In this document: one piece after another, positions 34,921-43,935 of the stretch
How the letters are laid out: the number at the start of each line of letters is the position of its first letter
Position numbering within the stretch: the first letter of the stretch is position 1
DNA from: a virus
Taxonomy: Duplodnaviria; Caudoviricetes
Reading direction: 5' to 3' (one strand)
DNA length: 53,978 nt
Virus record (IMG/VR): IMGVR_UViG_3300009609_000027
Location: 1-53,978 of that record
Translations under genes and position numbers: made by a program
Notes under the pieces: model-generated
Databases searched by the model: none
What the model was told of the DNA's origin: nothing
Seen by the model: the letters and a program-made list of their open reading frames with translations, nothing else

Positions 34921-36756
34921 ATGCCGAAGGCGAACGCCACGGGTGCCGGCGATGCGGGCACCCCCTTCACCCTGCCCGCTGACCTGAGCTCGCAGACCGT
35001 CGAGCAGATCGCTGAACTCCTCACGGCGGCCAACGCCGAGATGGACACGCTGCTCGCCACCAAGGACCCGGCACACCTCGGCCGGCTTGGTGAGTTGTCC
35101 GCGGCGCGCAAGACGCTCAAGACACGCTCGACCGAGCTCGCCGCCGAGCAGGCCGAGATCGACGCCCAGTTCCAGGCGTACGCCGAAGAGCTCTCCGACT
35201 CCGGCGACGGGACCGAGGGCGAGAACGGCGAAGATGGCGATGGCGGCGACGGTGCCGGCGACGACGAGCCGGTGGTCATCGAGGGCGAGGTCGTGGCGCC
35301 CACGCAGACGCCGGCACCGCAGACCGTGGCCGCCTCGGCACGCCCGACCGGCGGCGCCCGCACCGGCGCCCGCGATCTCGGCGGCGTCAACGGCCCGCGC
35401 CACAGTCTCAACCCGTCGCTGTCCGGCGCCCGTTCGCTCGCGCCGCCACAGGAGGCGCCGCGCCAGGAGTTGGCCATCACCGCCAGCACCGGCCTGCCCG
35501 GACAGTTCGAGGCCGGCGCGCGCATCTCCAGCATCCAGCAGCTCGGCCAGCTCGCCGAGCAGCGCGTGCGCAACATGGGCGACGCCGGCGGCCGTTACAA
35601 CGCCCGCCGCTCCGGCGACCCGTACGGCGGCGTGCAGATCGCCTCGATCGCCAACCAGTACGAGACGTTCATCCCGGCCAACGCCAACCCCGACGTGGTC
35701 TACGCCTACCAGGAGAAGGTTCGCCGGCAGGCCAGCGCGGGACAGATGGAAGCCATGGTCGCCGCCGGCGGCTGGTGTGCCCCGCTCATGCCCCGTTACG
35801 ACTTCTTCAACATCGCCTGCGAAGACGGCATGATCGACCTGCCGACCTTCGGCGCGGAGCGCGGCGGCGTGCTCTTCCCGGTCAGCCCGTCACTGGCCGA
35901 CACCTTCAGCCCGGCGCTGCCCTGGTACACGGCGTTCAGCAACGAGACGGTGCCATGGCTGTGGACCAACGAGGACGACATCCTCGCGGTCACCGGCTCG
36001 CCGACCAAGCCGTGTATCCGGGTGCCCTGCTCGGACATGACGCCGATCCAGCTCGAGTGCTACGGCATCTGTCTGACGGCTGGCAACCTCGCCGACAACG
36101 CGTGGCCCGAGTCGACGCGCAACTTCCTGCGCCTGCTCATGGCCGCCCACTACCACGCGCAGAACGGCCGTTACATCTCGCAGATCTCCGCCCTGGCCGT
36201 CCAGGTCACGGGCTGCACGGCGGCCGGCTCCGGCGCGGCGGCGCCGATCCTCGCCACCGCCGAACTCGCGGCGATCGACTACCGCAACAAGTACGGCATG
36301 TGCGACACGGACGTCATCGAGTGGGTCTTCCCGCGCTGGGTCCGTGGCCCGATGCGTGCCGACCTGGCCAAGCGCACCGGCGTCGACCTGCTCAACGTCA
36401 CCGACGCCGACATCGCCCGCTGGTTCGACACCCGCGGTATCCGCGTGCAGTTCGTCGCGGACTACCAGGTGCGCGCGGGTGGCCAGCCCGGCGCGGCGAC
36501 GCCGATCACGCAGTACCCGTCTTTCGTCAGGGGCCTCATGTACGCGGCCGGCACGGTGGTGCGCGGCAACGGCATGACGCTCGACCTGGGCGTCGTGCGT
36601 GACTCGACGCTCAACGCGACGAACGACTTCACGGCAGCCTGGATGGAGGAGTGCCACCTGATCGCGCAGTTCGGTCACGAGGTGCGCGAGTACACCATCA
36701 ACATCTGCCCCGACGGCACCACTGGCGCGGCCGACCTCACAAGCTGCTGCCCGTAA
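34921..36756 (+). CDS. Major capsid protein (hexamer-type) with scaffold-like N-terminus
   Basis: Strong codon bias; acidic coiled-coil N-terminus; AAGGWCAP...YD, DLP...RGG, LDLGVVRDSTLN..ND motifs recalled from Rosebush-like capsid proteins. Confidence 0.82.
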   Translation: MPKANATGAGDAGTPFTLPADLSSQTVEQIAELLTAANAEMDTLLATKDPAHLGRLGELSAARKTLKTRSTELAAEQAEIDAQFQAYAEELSDSGDGTEGENGEDGDGGDGAGDDEPVVIEGEVVAPTQTPAPQTVAASARPTGGARTGARDLGGVNGPRHSLNPSLSGARSLAPPQEAPRQELAITASTGLPGQFEAGARISSIQQLGQLAEQRVRNMGDAGGRYNARRSGDPYGGVQIASIANQYETFIPANANPDVVYAYQEKVRRQASAGQMEAMVAAGGWCAPLMPRYDFFNIACEDGMIDLPTFGAERGGVLFPVSPSLADTFSPALPWYTAFSNETVPWLWTNEDDILAVTGSPTKPCIRVPCSDMTPIQLECYGICLTAGNLADNAWPESTRNFLRLLMAAHYHAQNGRYISQISALAVQVTGCTAAGSGAAAPILATAELAAIDYRNKYGMCDTDVIEWVFPRWVRGPMRADLAKRTGVDLLNVTDADIARWFDTRGIRVQFVADYQVRAGGQPGAATPITQYPSFVRGLMYAAGTVVRGNGMTLDLGVVRDSTLNATNDFTAAWMEECHLIAQFGHEVREYTINICPDGTTGAADLTSCCP

Positions 36757-36825
36757 CGATCTACCGATGCTCGGCCTCCAAATCCGAGCACAACGCAGAG
36801 GTAACGGACGAAGGGGGTGTGACCG

Positions 36826-37722
36826 ATGGCAGCACCTAGGGCGTTGGTCGCACCTCCCACGTTCAGCGACCGCAACTTCGGCCTGCTCTCCGTCGTGCAG
36901 GCACGTTACGACGAGCCCGACTCACACTGGCGAAACGGCGTCACCTGGCAGGACCAGTGCGGCATCGCCCTGTCGACCTTCAGTCCGTACTGCTCCGGCG
37001 GCGTCGAGGTTCCGCAGGCCAAGACAGCGACCGCCAGCGTCGAGACTTTCGGCGCGCTGCCCTTCACCGCCTACGGTCGCGTCGACTGCTCGCCGGTCGG
37101 CTACACGCAGGAGGAGCAGCGCTCGCGCGCCGTCGAGGCCCTGACCCGCTCGGAAGGCCAGCAGGTCGAGGTCGTCTTCTCGACCGGCACGGCGGGCGGT
37201 GTCGTCAACAAGGTCTATCCACACCTTCAGTCCGATGCCGCGGTACTCGACCCCAGTGACTCCAGCATCAGCCTGCAGTGCGCGGCGACGCCGGTCAGCG
37301 GCGCGGCCACCTTCGAGATCACCGAAGGGCTTGGGCTGCTCGAGGCGCTGATGGCCAACTGCTGGTTCGGTCAGATCACGCTGCATGTGCCGTTGCAACT
37401 CGCGCCGCGCATGATCTCCTCAGCGCTGGTCAAGGCCGACGGCGCGCAGATGAAGACGATCAATGGCAACCTGGTCGCCTTCGGCGCCGGCTACAACGGT
37501 CGTTCGCCGGCAGGTGTAGCTACGCCGGGCGTGGCCTGGATCTACGCCACCGGTCCGGTCTTCGCCTACCGCTCGACGCCGGAGCAGTTCACCTACAAAG
37601 AGTCGTTCAACCGCGAGACCAACACGGCCGAGCTGATCGTCGAGCGTACCTACGTTCTCGGCTTCACCTGTTGCTGCATGTACGCCGTCCCGATCCTCGT
37701 CACCGGCGGCGTGCCGCTCTAA
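36826..37722 (+). CDS. Second capsid protein (pentamer-type)
   Basis: Follows the major capsid gene; HW..GV, PF..Y...CS..G, E...VE and N....ER.Y pattern. Confidence 0.6.
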   Translation: MAAPRALVAPPTFSDRNFGLLSVVQARYDEPDSHWRNGVTWQDQCGIALSTFSPYCSGGVEVPQAKTATASVETFGALPFTAYGRVDCSPVGYTQEEQRSRAVEALTRSEGQQVEVVFSTGTAGGVVNKVYPHLQSDAAVLDPSDSSISLQCAATPVSGAATFEITEGLGLLEALMANCWFGQITLHVPLQLAPRMISSALVKADGAQMKTINGNLVAFGAGYNGRSPAGVATPGVAWIYATGPVFAYRSTPEQFTYKESFNRETNTAELIVERTYVLGFTCCCMYAVPILVTGGVPL

Positions 37723-37737
37723 CGGAAAGGTCCAACC

Positions 37738-38403
37738 ATGGCAGCCAGCCTTCTGTGCGACGCCCCGGCGCAGGGGTTGGTCGTCCGTCTCATCCTTCTC
37801 GACGCGTGCGGCGTGCCGATCACCGGCTCGTCGTCGGCCCAGGTGGTCTGGGACGGCTTCACGCAGGTCGCCGTCTCGCCGCAGTACGACACCGGTGACC
37901 GCAAGATTTCGCGCAAGGCCAACGGCACGCTCTGCCAGAACTACAAGCTGCCCGACCAGTTCACCAACGACGAAGTCACGATCGACTTCTGCGGCTGGAA
38001 TCCCGGCCTGCTCACCACGACCATCGGAGCGCGACTACTGACCGGCAGCACCACGCCGACCGGGTCGGGCTACGCGCACGGCACCTGGTCCAACGCCTCG
38101 CCGACGCATTGGTCGCTGGAGATGTGGGGACCGCCCGACCCGGCCTCGTGCGCAGGCGGTGGCACGCCGCGGTACTCGTACTGGTTCTGGCCGCACCTGT
38201 CCGACGGGAAGAAGGGCGACTACACGCTCGGCCCAGACCCGACGACGCTACAGATCATCGCCAACACCTACGACGGGTCACCGCAATGGACGGCCGGCGC
38301 CGCGTGGCTCGTCGACGCCATCGTGACCGGCGACCACCAGGGCAAGATCCTCACCACAGTGGCGCCGCCGGCGTCGACCTGCGCGATCCTGGCGTACCCG
38401 TAA
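37738..38403 (+). CDS. Major tail protein
   Basis: R...LD.CG.P, ANG.LC, FC..NP, SLEMW; GGAAAGG SD; followed by a hairpin. Confidence 0.6.
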   Translation: MAASLLCDAPAQGLVVRLILLDACGVPITGSSSAQVVWDGFTQVAVSPQYDTGDRKISRKANGTLCQNYKLPDQFTNDEVTIDFCGWNPGLLTTTIGARLLTGSTTPTGSGYAHGTWSNASPTHWSLEMWGPPDPASCAGGGTPRYSYWFWPHLSDGKKGDYTLGPDPTTLQIIANTYDGSPQWTAGAAWLVDAIVTGDHQGKILTTVAPPASTCAILAYP

Positions 38404-38423
38404 GATCTCCTCGGTGGGAGCGC

Positions 38424-38464
38424 GAGGGCAGACGAAGCGGCCACGGGGCGGATCGTCTGCCCTC
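38424..38464 (+). terminator. Hairpin after the major tail gene
   Basis: 12-bp stem GAGGGCAGACGA / TCGTCTGCCCTC. Confidence 0.55.
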
Positions 38465-38489
38465 AGCGTCTAACGGGAGGTGAGCGGGC

Positions 38490-39299
38490 ATGACAGCTAC
38501 ACGCGGGCCGTGCTCACCGTGGGACCCGATCTGGTGCTGCGACCTGACGTCGGAGTCGCCCATCACCACCGGCCAGGCGCTGCAGGTCGCCACCGAGATC
38601 CTCTACAACCTGTCTGGGCAGATCTTCGACGCCTGCGAGTTCACCATCCGGCCGTGCCGGCGCGAGTGCAACGACGACGCGTTCTGGGGTGGCCTGGGCG
38701 GCTGGGGTGCGTCGTGGGGCTGGGGTGGCTTCGGGTTCTGGCCCATGCCGGCGCTGATCGGCGGCAACTGGTTCAACTTGACCTGCGGCGGCTGTAGCGG
38801 CACCTGCTCGTGCACCGAGTTGTCCGAGGCGCTGTTGCCTTCGCCGGTCTCGTCGATCGTCAGCGTGAAGCTGGACGGCGTGACGCTGCCGGCCAGCGGC
38901 TACCGCGTCGACGATTTCCGCAAGCTCGTGCGCCTGGGCGGCGAGCACTGGCCGGAATGCCAGGATCTGACGCTGGCCGACACCGAGCCGAATACGTGGT
39001 CCGTGACGTTGGTGGTCGGCGAGGCCGTGCCGGCGCTCGGCTCGCTCGCCGTCGGACAGTTGGCCTGCGAGATTCGCCGCTCGTGCATCGACGAATGCGC
39101 CATCCCCCGCACCGCCTCGTCGATCACGCGCCAGGGCGTCACCATCGACCTGGTCACCATCACCGAACTGCTGCGCAACGGGCTGACCGGGCTGCGCTGG
39201 GTCGACCAGTTTGTCTCGGTCTACAACCCGCGCCGCCTGATGGCGCCGCCGCTGGTCTTCGACGTCGACGGCGAGCGCTACCGTCGGACCAACACATGA
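38490..39299 (+). CDS. Head-to-tail adaptor
   Basis: GGGAGG SD; RPC, YRVD, WP.CQD, SITRQGV, TGL..VD...NP motifs; synteny. Confidence 0.65.
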   Translation: MTATRGPCSPWDPIWCCDLTSESPITTGQALQVATEILYNLSGQIFDACEFTIRPCRRECNDDAFWGGLGGWGASWGWGGFGFWPMPALIGGNWFNLTCGGCSGTCSCTELSEALLPSPVSSIVSVKLDGVTLPASGYRVDDFRKLVRLGGEHWPECQDLTLADTEPNTWSVTLVVGEAVPALGSLAVGQLACEIRRSCIDECAIPRTASSITRQGVTIDLVTITELLRNGLTGLRWVDQFVSVYNPRRLMAPPLVFDVDGERYRRTNT

Positions 39300-39835
39300 T
39301 CATTGATCTGACGTCGCCCAACTTCGCCGCCATCGTCACAGGCCTGGGCGTGTGCATCATCGACGCGTTGGAGCAGACGCCGGCCGGCGCGCCGACGCGT
39401 CAGTGCCTGCTCGTTCCGACCCAGCTCATCCCGTGGGACAACTGCGACTGTGGCGGGCAGTACGCGGCGGCCATCCAGCAGACCTACGGGTCGGACTCGC
39501 CGCCACAACCGCTGGTCGCGACGTGGGCGAAGTGCGCCTCGACCTGGACACTGGCGGAAGTGCTGTTCTCCGTCACGCGCTGCGTGCCCACTCTGGACGA
39601 GCAGGGGAGGCCGCCGCCCTGCGACGCCGAGCTGGCCGCGGCGCTCACGCTGGAGAACGATCGCACCGCGGTGCGCCAGGCGCTGATGTGCTGCCTCACC
39701 GAGCTCTACGCGGCAATCCCGCCTGAGATCGGCTTCTGGTCGCTGGGGCCGTCGGTGACGGTCGGCGAACTGGGTGGGTGTGCCGGCGTGGAGACGACGG
39801 CCATCATCGGCGTACGGACCGGCTGCGGGTGTTGA
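39296..39835 (+). CDS. Cys-rich virion protein (tail terminator-like)
   Basis: ATG 39296 coupled to the previous stop; PWD.C, RC.P, GGCAG; synteny. Confidence 0.55.
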   Translation: MIIDLTSPNFAAIVTGLGVCIIDALEQTPAGAPTRQCLLVPTQLIPWDNCDCGGQYAAAIQQTYGSDSPPQPLVATWAKCASTWTLAEVLFSVTRCVPTLDEQGRPPPCDAELAAALTLENDRTAVRQALMCCLTELYAAIPPEIGFWSLGPSVTVGELGGCAGVETTAIIGVRTGCGC

Positions 39836-39836
39836 C

Positions 39837-40271
39837 GTGGCCGTCGTGTCGTACTCGCATCGCCTCGACACCGCCGCGATACGCAACCTGCTGACTTCGC
39901 GTCAGGGTCCGATCGTGCGCGACCTGCTGCGCCGTGGTCTGCTCGTCGAGACGCAGGCCAAGCGCAACCTGGGCGGCATCGGCGGACCGAAGCGCGTCGA
40001 CACCGGTCGCCTGCGCGCGTCGATCAACACCAGCCTGGTCACGCGCGACGGCGTCCCGACCGTGCTGGTGGGCACGAATGTGCGTTACGCGATGTGGGTG
40101 CACAACGGCACCGGCATCTACGGGCCGTCGGCGCGCCCGATCAGGCCACGACGCGCGCAGTTCCTGCGCTTCCGGCCGCGCACGTCGCGACGCTTCGTCT
40201 ACGCACGCCAGGTCAAGGGCATGAAGCCGAACGCGTTCCTCAAGAACGCCCTGTCTGCGGCTCGGCGCTAG
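39837..40271 (+). CDS. HK97 gp10-like neck/tail-completion protein
   Basis: VDTGRLRASI...YAMWVHNGT...G.KPN.FL. Confidence 0.8.
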   Translation: MAVVSYSHRLDTAAIRNLLTSRQGPIVRDLLRRGLLVETQAKRNLGGIGGPKRVDTGRLRASINTSLVTRDGVPTVLVGTNVRYAMWVHNGTGIYGPSARPIRPRRAQFLRFRPRTSRRFVYARQVKGMKPNAFLKNALSAARR

Positions 40272-40588
40272 TCGATGCCGTTGTCGTTGAGCGCCTTCGC
40301 CTGATCCTCCAGCCACGCCAACCGCTCGCGCGCCTTCTGCTCGCCGCCGTTGGCCGTCAACTCGACCACGAAGGCGCGCGCCAGGATGTGATGCGGCACG
40401 TGCTCAAGGCGCTCGTACATCCGGTCCGCCCACTCGCGCGCCGACTCCGCTTCGCCACTGATCGAGTCCATGATCGAGGCGATGAGGTCGGCGCGCGTGG
40501 CGTCGGTCAACTCCCAGGCGGCCTCATCGCGCTCGCGCACCTCTTCGTCGGTGAGCAGTGGGCGTGAGCGGTAGGGCTCGTCAGACAT
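40268..40588 (-). CDS. Hypothetical protein, antisense to the tail operon
   Basis: GC3-rich minus-strand ORF, TGATG-coupled to 40588-40890. Confidence 0.6.
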   Translation of the reverse strand: MSDEPYRSRPLLTDEEVRERDEAAWELTDATRADLIASIMDSISGEAESAREWADRMYERLEHVPHHILARAFVVELTANGGEQKARERLAWLEDQAKALNDNGID

Positions 40589-40890
40589 CACGACACCGCC
40601 GCCTGGTCGACGCTGGGTCGCAAAGTGATGTTGCAGCGAGCCTGATGCAACCAGCCGCGAGCCGATACCGCGTAGATGGCATGAGCGGTCGCGTCGTCGA
40701 CGACGAAGTCGCCAACACTCGGCACGTGCTGCGCATCGTGCCAGACCCAGGCCACTTCGTCGGCTCGGTCTGCGTGGTAGAACCAGACGGCCAGACGCCT
40801 CGGCGTCTGGCCGCTGCGTAGCGGGCGCTGAGAGTCGACCGCGATGCCACTGACGCCGGGCGCCGGGTCGGGCTGATCTGTCATCGTCAT
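40588..40890 (-). CDS. Hypothetical protein, antisense to the tail operon
   Basis: Starts 7 nt after the -10 box of an operator-promoter. Confidence 0.6.
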   Translation of the reverse strand: MTMTDQPDPAPGVSGIAVDSQRPLRSGQTPRRLAVWFYHADRADEVAWVWHDAQHVPSVGDFVVDDATAHAIYAVSARGWLHQARCNITLRPSVDQAAVS

Positions 40891-40926
40891 GCCCCTCACG
40901 CTACGACGAACCTAGTGACACGTCAA
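40891..40926 (-). promoter_or_regulatory. Operator-promoter, leaderless
   Basis: TTGACGTGTCACTAG; TTGACG-N17-TAGCGT-N7-ATG(40890). Confidence 0.85.
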
Positions 40927-41127
40927 GTGGTCAGTGTGGCGCGTCGAGCGTACAGTGACGATATGGTGACATGGCGACGGTTCCTGCGTGAGTTCTGGTG
41001 GCTGGCCGGCGTGACACGCCTCGGCTGGGTGCTCGACGCCGTGATGTTCCCTGGTAGCCGATCCTGGCACGCCATCCGCGATGCCCGGCACTCACCATTA
41101 GATCGTTCAACGATCTAGACTCTGCCC

Positions 41128-41631
41128 ATGACCGCACCCAACCCCGTGGGCGACGCCCCGGCAGTTGATGCCGACGGCGTGCGCGACTTCACCATCAGGC
41201 GAGCACCGATCAAGTTCCGCATCGACGATGACGTCTTCGTTCTGCCCAACACGATGGCCATCCCTAAGCTGCGCAAGTTCGCCGCGATGCGGGTGGACCT
41301 CGGTGACACGGTCGGCCTCCTGCAGTCAGACGACGGCGTCGACAAGCTGCTCGACGTCATGAGCCGCATGTTCGGGCTCATCATCGGTGGCGAGCACGGC
41401 AGGCGCTTCGTCGAGCGCCTCAACTCCGGGGGCGAGCTCGACGACCCGCCGCCGATCGACCTGATCAAACAGGCCATGCCGGTGCTCAACTTCGTGCTGG
41501 AGTCCTACGGCATGCGCCCTACGGAGCCGTCCTCGGCCTCACTTCCTGGGTCGACGGACGGGCAGACGGACACCCCGAGCGATGGCACCTCTTCAACGGA
41601 TGGTGCATCGCCAGAGGCATCCGACACCTAG
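41128..41631 (+). CDS. Tail assembly chaperone (gpG)
   Basis: Upstream of the tape measure gene; ends YGMRPT plus a Ser-rich tail; TAGACT-N6-ATG. Confidence 0.75.
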   Translation: MTAPNPVGDAPAVDADGVRDFTIRRAPIKFRIDDDVFVLPNTMAIPKLRKFAAMRVDLGDTVGLLQSDDGVDKLLDVMSRMFGLIIGGEHGRRFVERLNSGGELDDPPPIDLIKQAMPVLNFVLESYGMRPTEPSSASLPGSTDGQTDTPSDGTSSTDGASPEASDT

Positions 41632-41867
41632 AACTGGATCCGGCCGACTGGCTGGATCTTCTGCACGCCTGGCTACTGGAGGGGGTGCCACACGAGCAAC
41701 GCGACCACATCACGGCCATGCTCACCGGACCACTCGACCAGTACGCCATGCCCGAAAAGCCGGCGCCGGCGCCACAGCTACGACCGCCGCCGTGGTCACG
41801 CATCACGCCGGTACAGATCGAGTTCATGCGCAAGGTGAGGCAAGAGCAGGCACAACAGGACCAGTGA
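41128..41867 (+). CDS. Tail assembly chaperone gpGT via a -1 frameshift near 41517-41522 (~246 aa)
   Basis: The -1 frame is open from CCC TAC (41517) to 41867 and reads ...WHLFNGWCIARG...WLDLLHAWL, well upstream of its first start codon. Confidence 0.7.
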
Positions 41868-41885
41868 CAGCCAGGGGGGTGGCCT

Positions 41886-43934
41886 GTGTCGCAGCCGATC
41901 GACACCGCGTCGGTCGCCATCGTCCCCGACTTCAGCGGCTTCTCCAGGCAACTGAAGGCGGGAATCGACACTGCCCTGCGACAGATGGTCGGCGAGGTCG
42001 ACCGGGCCTTCGAGCAGGTTGAGCGCGCCGCCGGCGAGGCCGGGCGCGACGTCGGGCACGAGTTGCAGCGCGGCGGCGAGGTCGCCGAACGGGCACTGCG
42101 CGAAGTCTCGGCGACAGCCAACCGCGAGATGGCCCAGGTCTCGGCGGCGTCCGCAGCGGCCGGCGCCTCGGTACGCGGTCGCCTTGGTGGTGCGCTGAGC
42201 TTCGCCGCGTTGGCGCTGGGCGGTGTGGCGCTGGCCGCCGGCGCCGGCCTCGCCGCCATGACGGGCTTCGGCCTCAAGTCAGCCGCGGCGATCGAGCAGA
42301 CCACTATCGGCCTCGAGGCGCTAACCGGGTCGGCCGAGACGGCGAAGAGTTTCCTCGCCGAGCTCCAGGCGTTCGCGGCGTCTACCCCGTTCGAGTTCGC
42401 CGGCGTCGCCGACGCGTCGCGGCGCATCCTCGCCTTCGGCACGTCCGTGGGCATCGTCCGCGAAGAAGTCATCCCCACCCTGACCGTCATCGGCGACCTG
42501 GTCAGCGTGCTGGGCGGCACGCAGCAGAACGTCGACAGTGTCGTGCGCGCCCTGTCCCAGATGGCGTCCAAGGGCAAGCTGAGCCAGGAGGAGATCCTCC
42601 AACTCGCCGAAGCGCTGCCGGGCTTCAACGCCAACGCGGCGCTGGCCGCCCAGTTAGGCATACCCGTCGCCGACGTGCTCGACCTCATCAGCGCCGGCGG
42701 CGTCGACGCCACGACCGGCATCAACGCGCTACTCGCCGGCATGGCCCAGTTCCCTGGCGCCGCGGGTGCCATGGCCGCCCAGGCGCAGACCTTGATGGGC
42801 GTCTTCTCGACGTTCAAAGACACCATCTCGATCGCGCTGTCCAACGCCTTCCAGCCGGTCATCCCAGAGATCAAGTCGGCTCTGTCGGATCTGACGCCGG
42901 TGCTCGGCGATGCCATCGGGCAACTCGCGCCAAGTCTGGGCAACCTGCTGTCCGGGCTCCTGCCGCTGGTCGGCCAACTCGTCCAGGGCATCGTTCCGAT
43001 CCTGACGCCGATTCTCGACGCCCTCGGTCCGGCGCTCGAGCAGATGGGTCCGAGCCTTGTCCCGCTGGGCGAGGCTCTCGGCCAGCTCGTCGTCGCGTTG
43101 GTGCCCGTCCTGCCGCTCTTCGCCGAGTTCCTGGGCGTGCTGGCGCAGTTGGCCATCCCGCTGCTCAAGCTGCTCGCCGCGGTCCTGATGCCACTCACGC
43201 CGGTGCTCAACTTTATGGCCAGGGCCATCGGTGAGGTCGGCAAGGCGTTGGCGATGATCGACTGGACGGCCGTGGGCGCCGCCATCGCCAACTTCTTTGT
43301 GGTCGCCTGGCAGAAGGTCAGCGGCTTCTTCGTCGGCATCTTCAACTTCTTCACTGAACTATCCGCCAAGACCAACGAGACCTGGCAGAGGTTCACTAAC
43401 GTCATCGCCACGCGCATCGCCGAGGTGATCATTTTCGTCAAGAGCCTGCCGGGCAAGATCCTGGAGACGCTCGGCAACCTCGGCGCGCTGCTCGTCAACG
43501 CCGGCAAGAATCTCGTCCAGGGCCTCTGGAACGGCATCTCGTCGCTCGGCGGCTGGCTCTACAGCAAGGTCAAGAGCTTCGTACTGGACAACACGCTCGG
43601 CGCGGCAAAGAAGCTACTGGGCATCTCCTCGCCGTCCAAGGTCTTCGCCGACGAGGTCGGCGCCATGATCCCGGCTGGCATCGAGCAGGGCGCCATGGCG
43701 GGCATCTCCGATCTACAGCAGTTGCTCTCGCCGATCGTGCCCAGCGGCGGCACCGGCACGTCGGGCGGCAACGTGACCAATCTCGGCGGCCTGGGCAACG
43801 TGATCGTGAACATCACCTTCGCCGGCGTCGTACCCACCGAGGGCGAAGCGCGACGCACCGGCGCCGCCGCGGGCGCCGGAATCGCCAGCGAGTTGCAGCG
43901 GCGCCTGGTCGGCCTCGCGGTAAGGACGGCCTGA
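41886..43934 (+). CDS. Tape measure protein (682 aa)
   Basis: FAASTPFE...SQMASKGKL..EE..QL; Leu/Pro/Gly repeats; LGISSPSKVF. Confidence 0.9.
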   Translation: MSQPIDTASVAIVPDFSGFSRQLKAGIDTALRQMVGEVDRAFEQVERAAGEAGRDVGHELQRGGEVAERALREVSATANREMAQVSAASAAAGASVRGRLGGALSFAALALGGVALAAGAGLAAMTGFGLKSAAAIEQTTIGLEALTGSAETAKSFLAELQAFAASTPFEFAGVADASRRILAFGTSVGIVREEVIPTLTVIGDLVSVLGGTQQNVDSVVRALSQMASKGKLSQEEILQLAEALPGFNANAALAAQLGIPVADVLDLISAGGVDATTGINALLAGMAQFPGAAGAMAAQAQTLMGVFSTFKDTISIALSNAFQPVIPEIKSALSDLTPVLGDAIGQLAPSLGNLLSGLLPLVGQLVQGIVPILTPILDALGPALEQMGPSLVPLGEALGQLVVALVPVLPLFAEFLGVLAQLAIPLLKLLAAVLMPLTPVLNFMARAIGEVGKALAMIDWTAVGAAIANFFVVAWQKVSGFFVGIFNFFTELSAKTNETWQRFTNVIATRIAEVIIFVKSLPGKILETLGNLGALLVNAGKNLVQGLWNGISSLGGWLYSKVKSFVLDNTLGAAKKLLGISSPSKVFADEVGAMIPAGIEQGAMAGISDLQQLLSPIVPSGGTGTSGGNVTNLGGLGNVIVNITFAGVVPTEGEARRTGAAAGAGIASELQRRLVGLAVRTA

Positions 43935-43935
43935 C

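Noticed and set aside
41519-43537. 672-aa minus-strand ORF
   Set aside because: Antisense shadow of the tape measure gene with Ser/Ala/Pro-rich composition.
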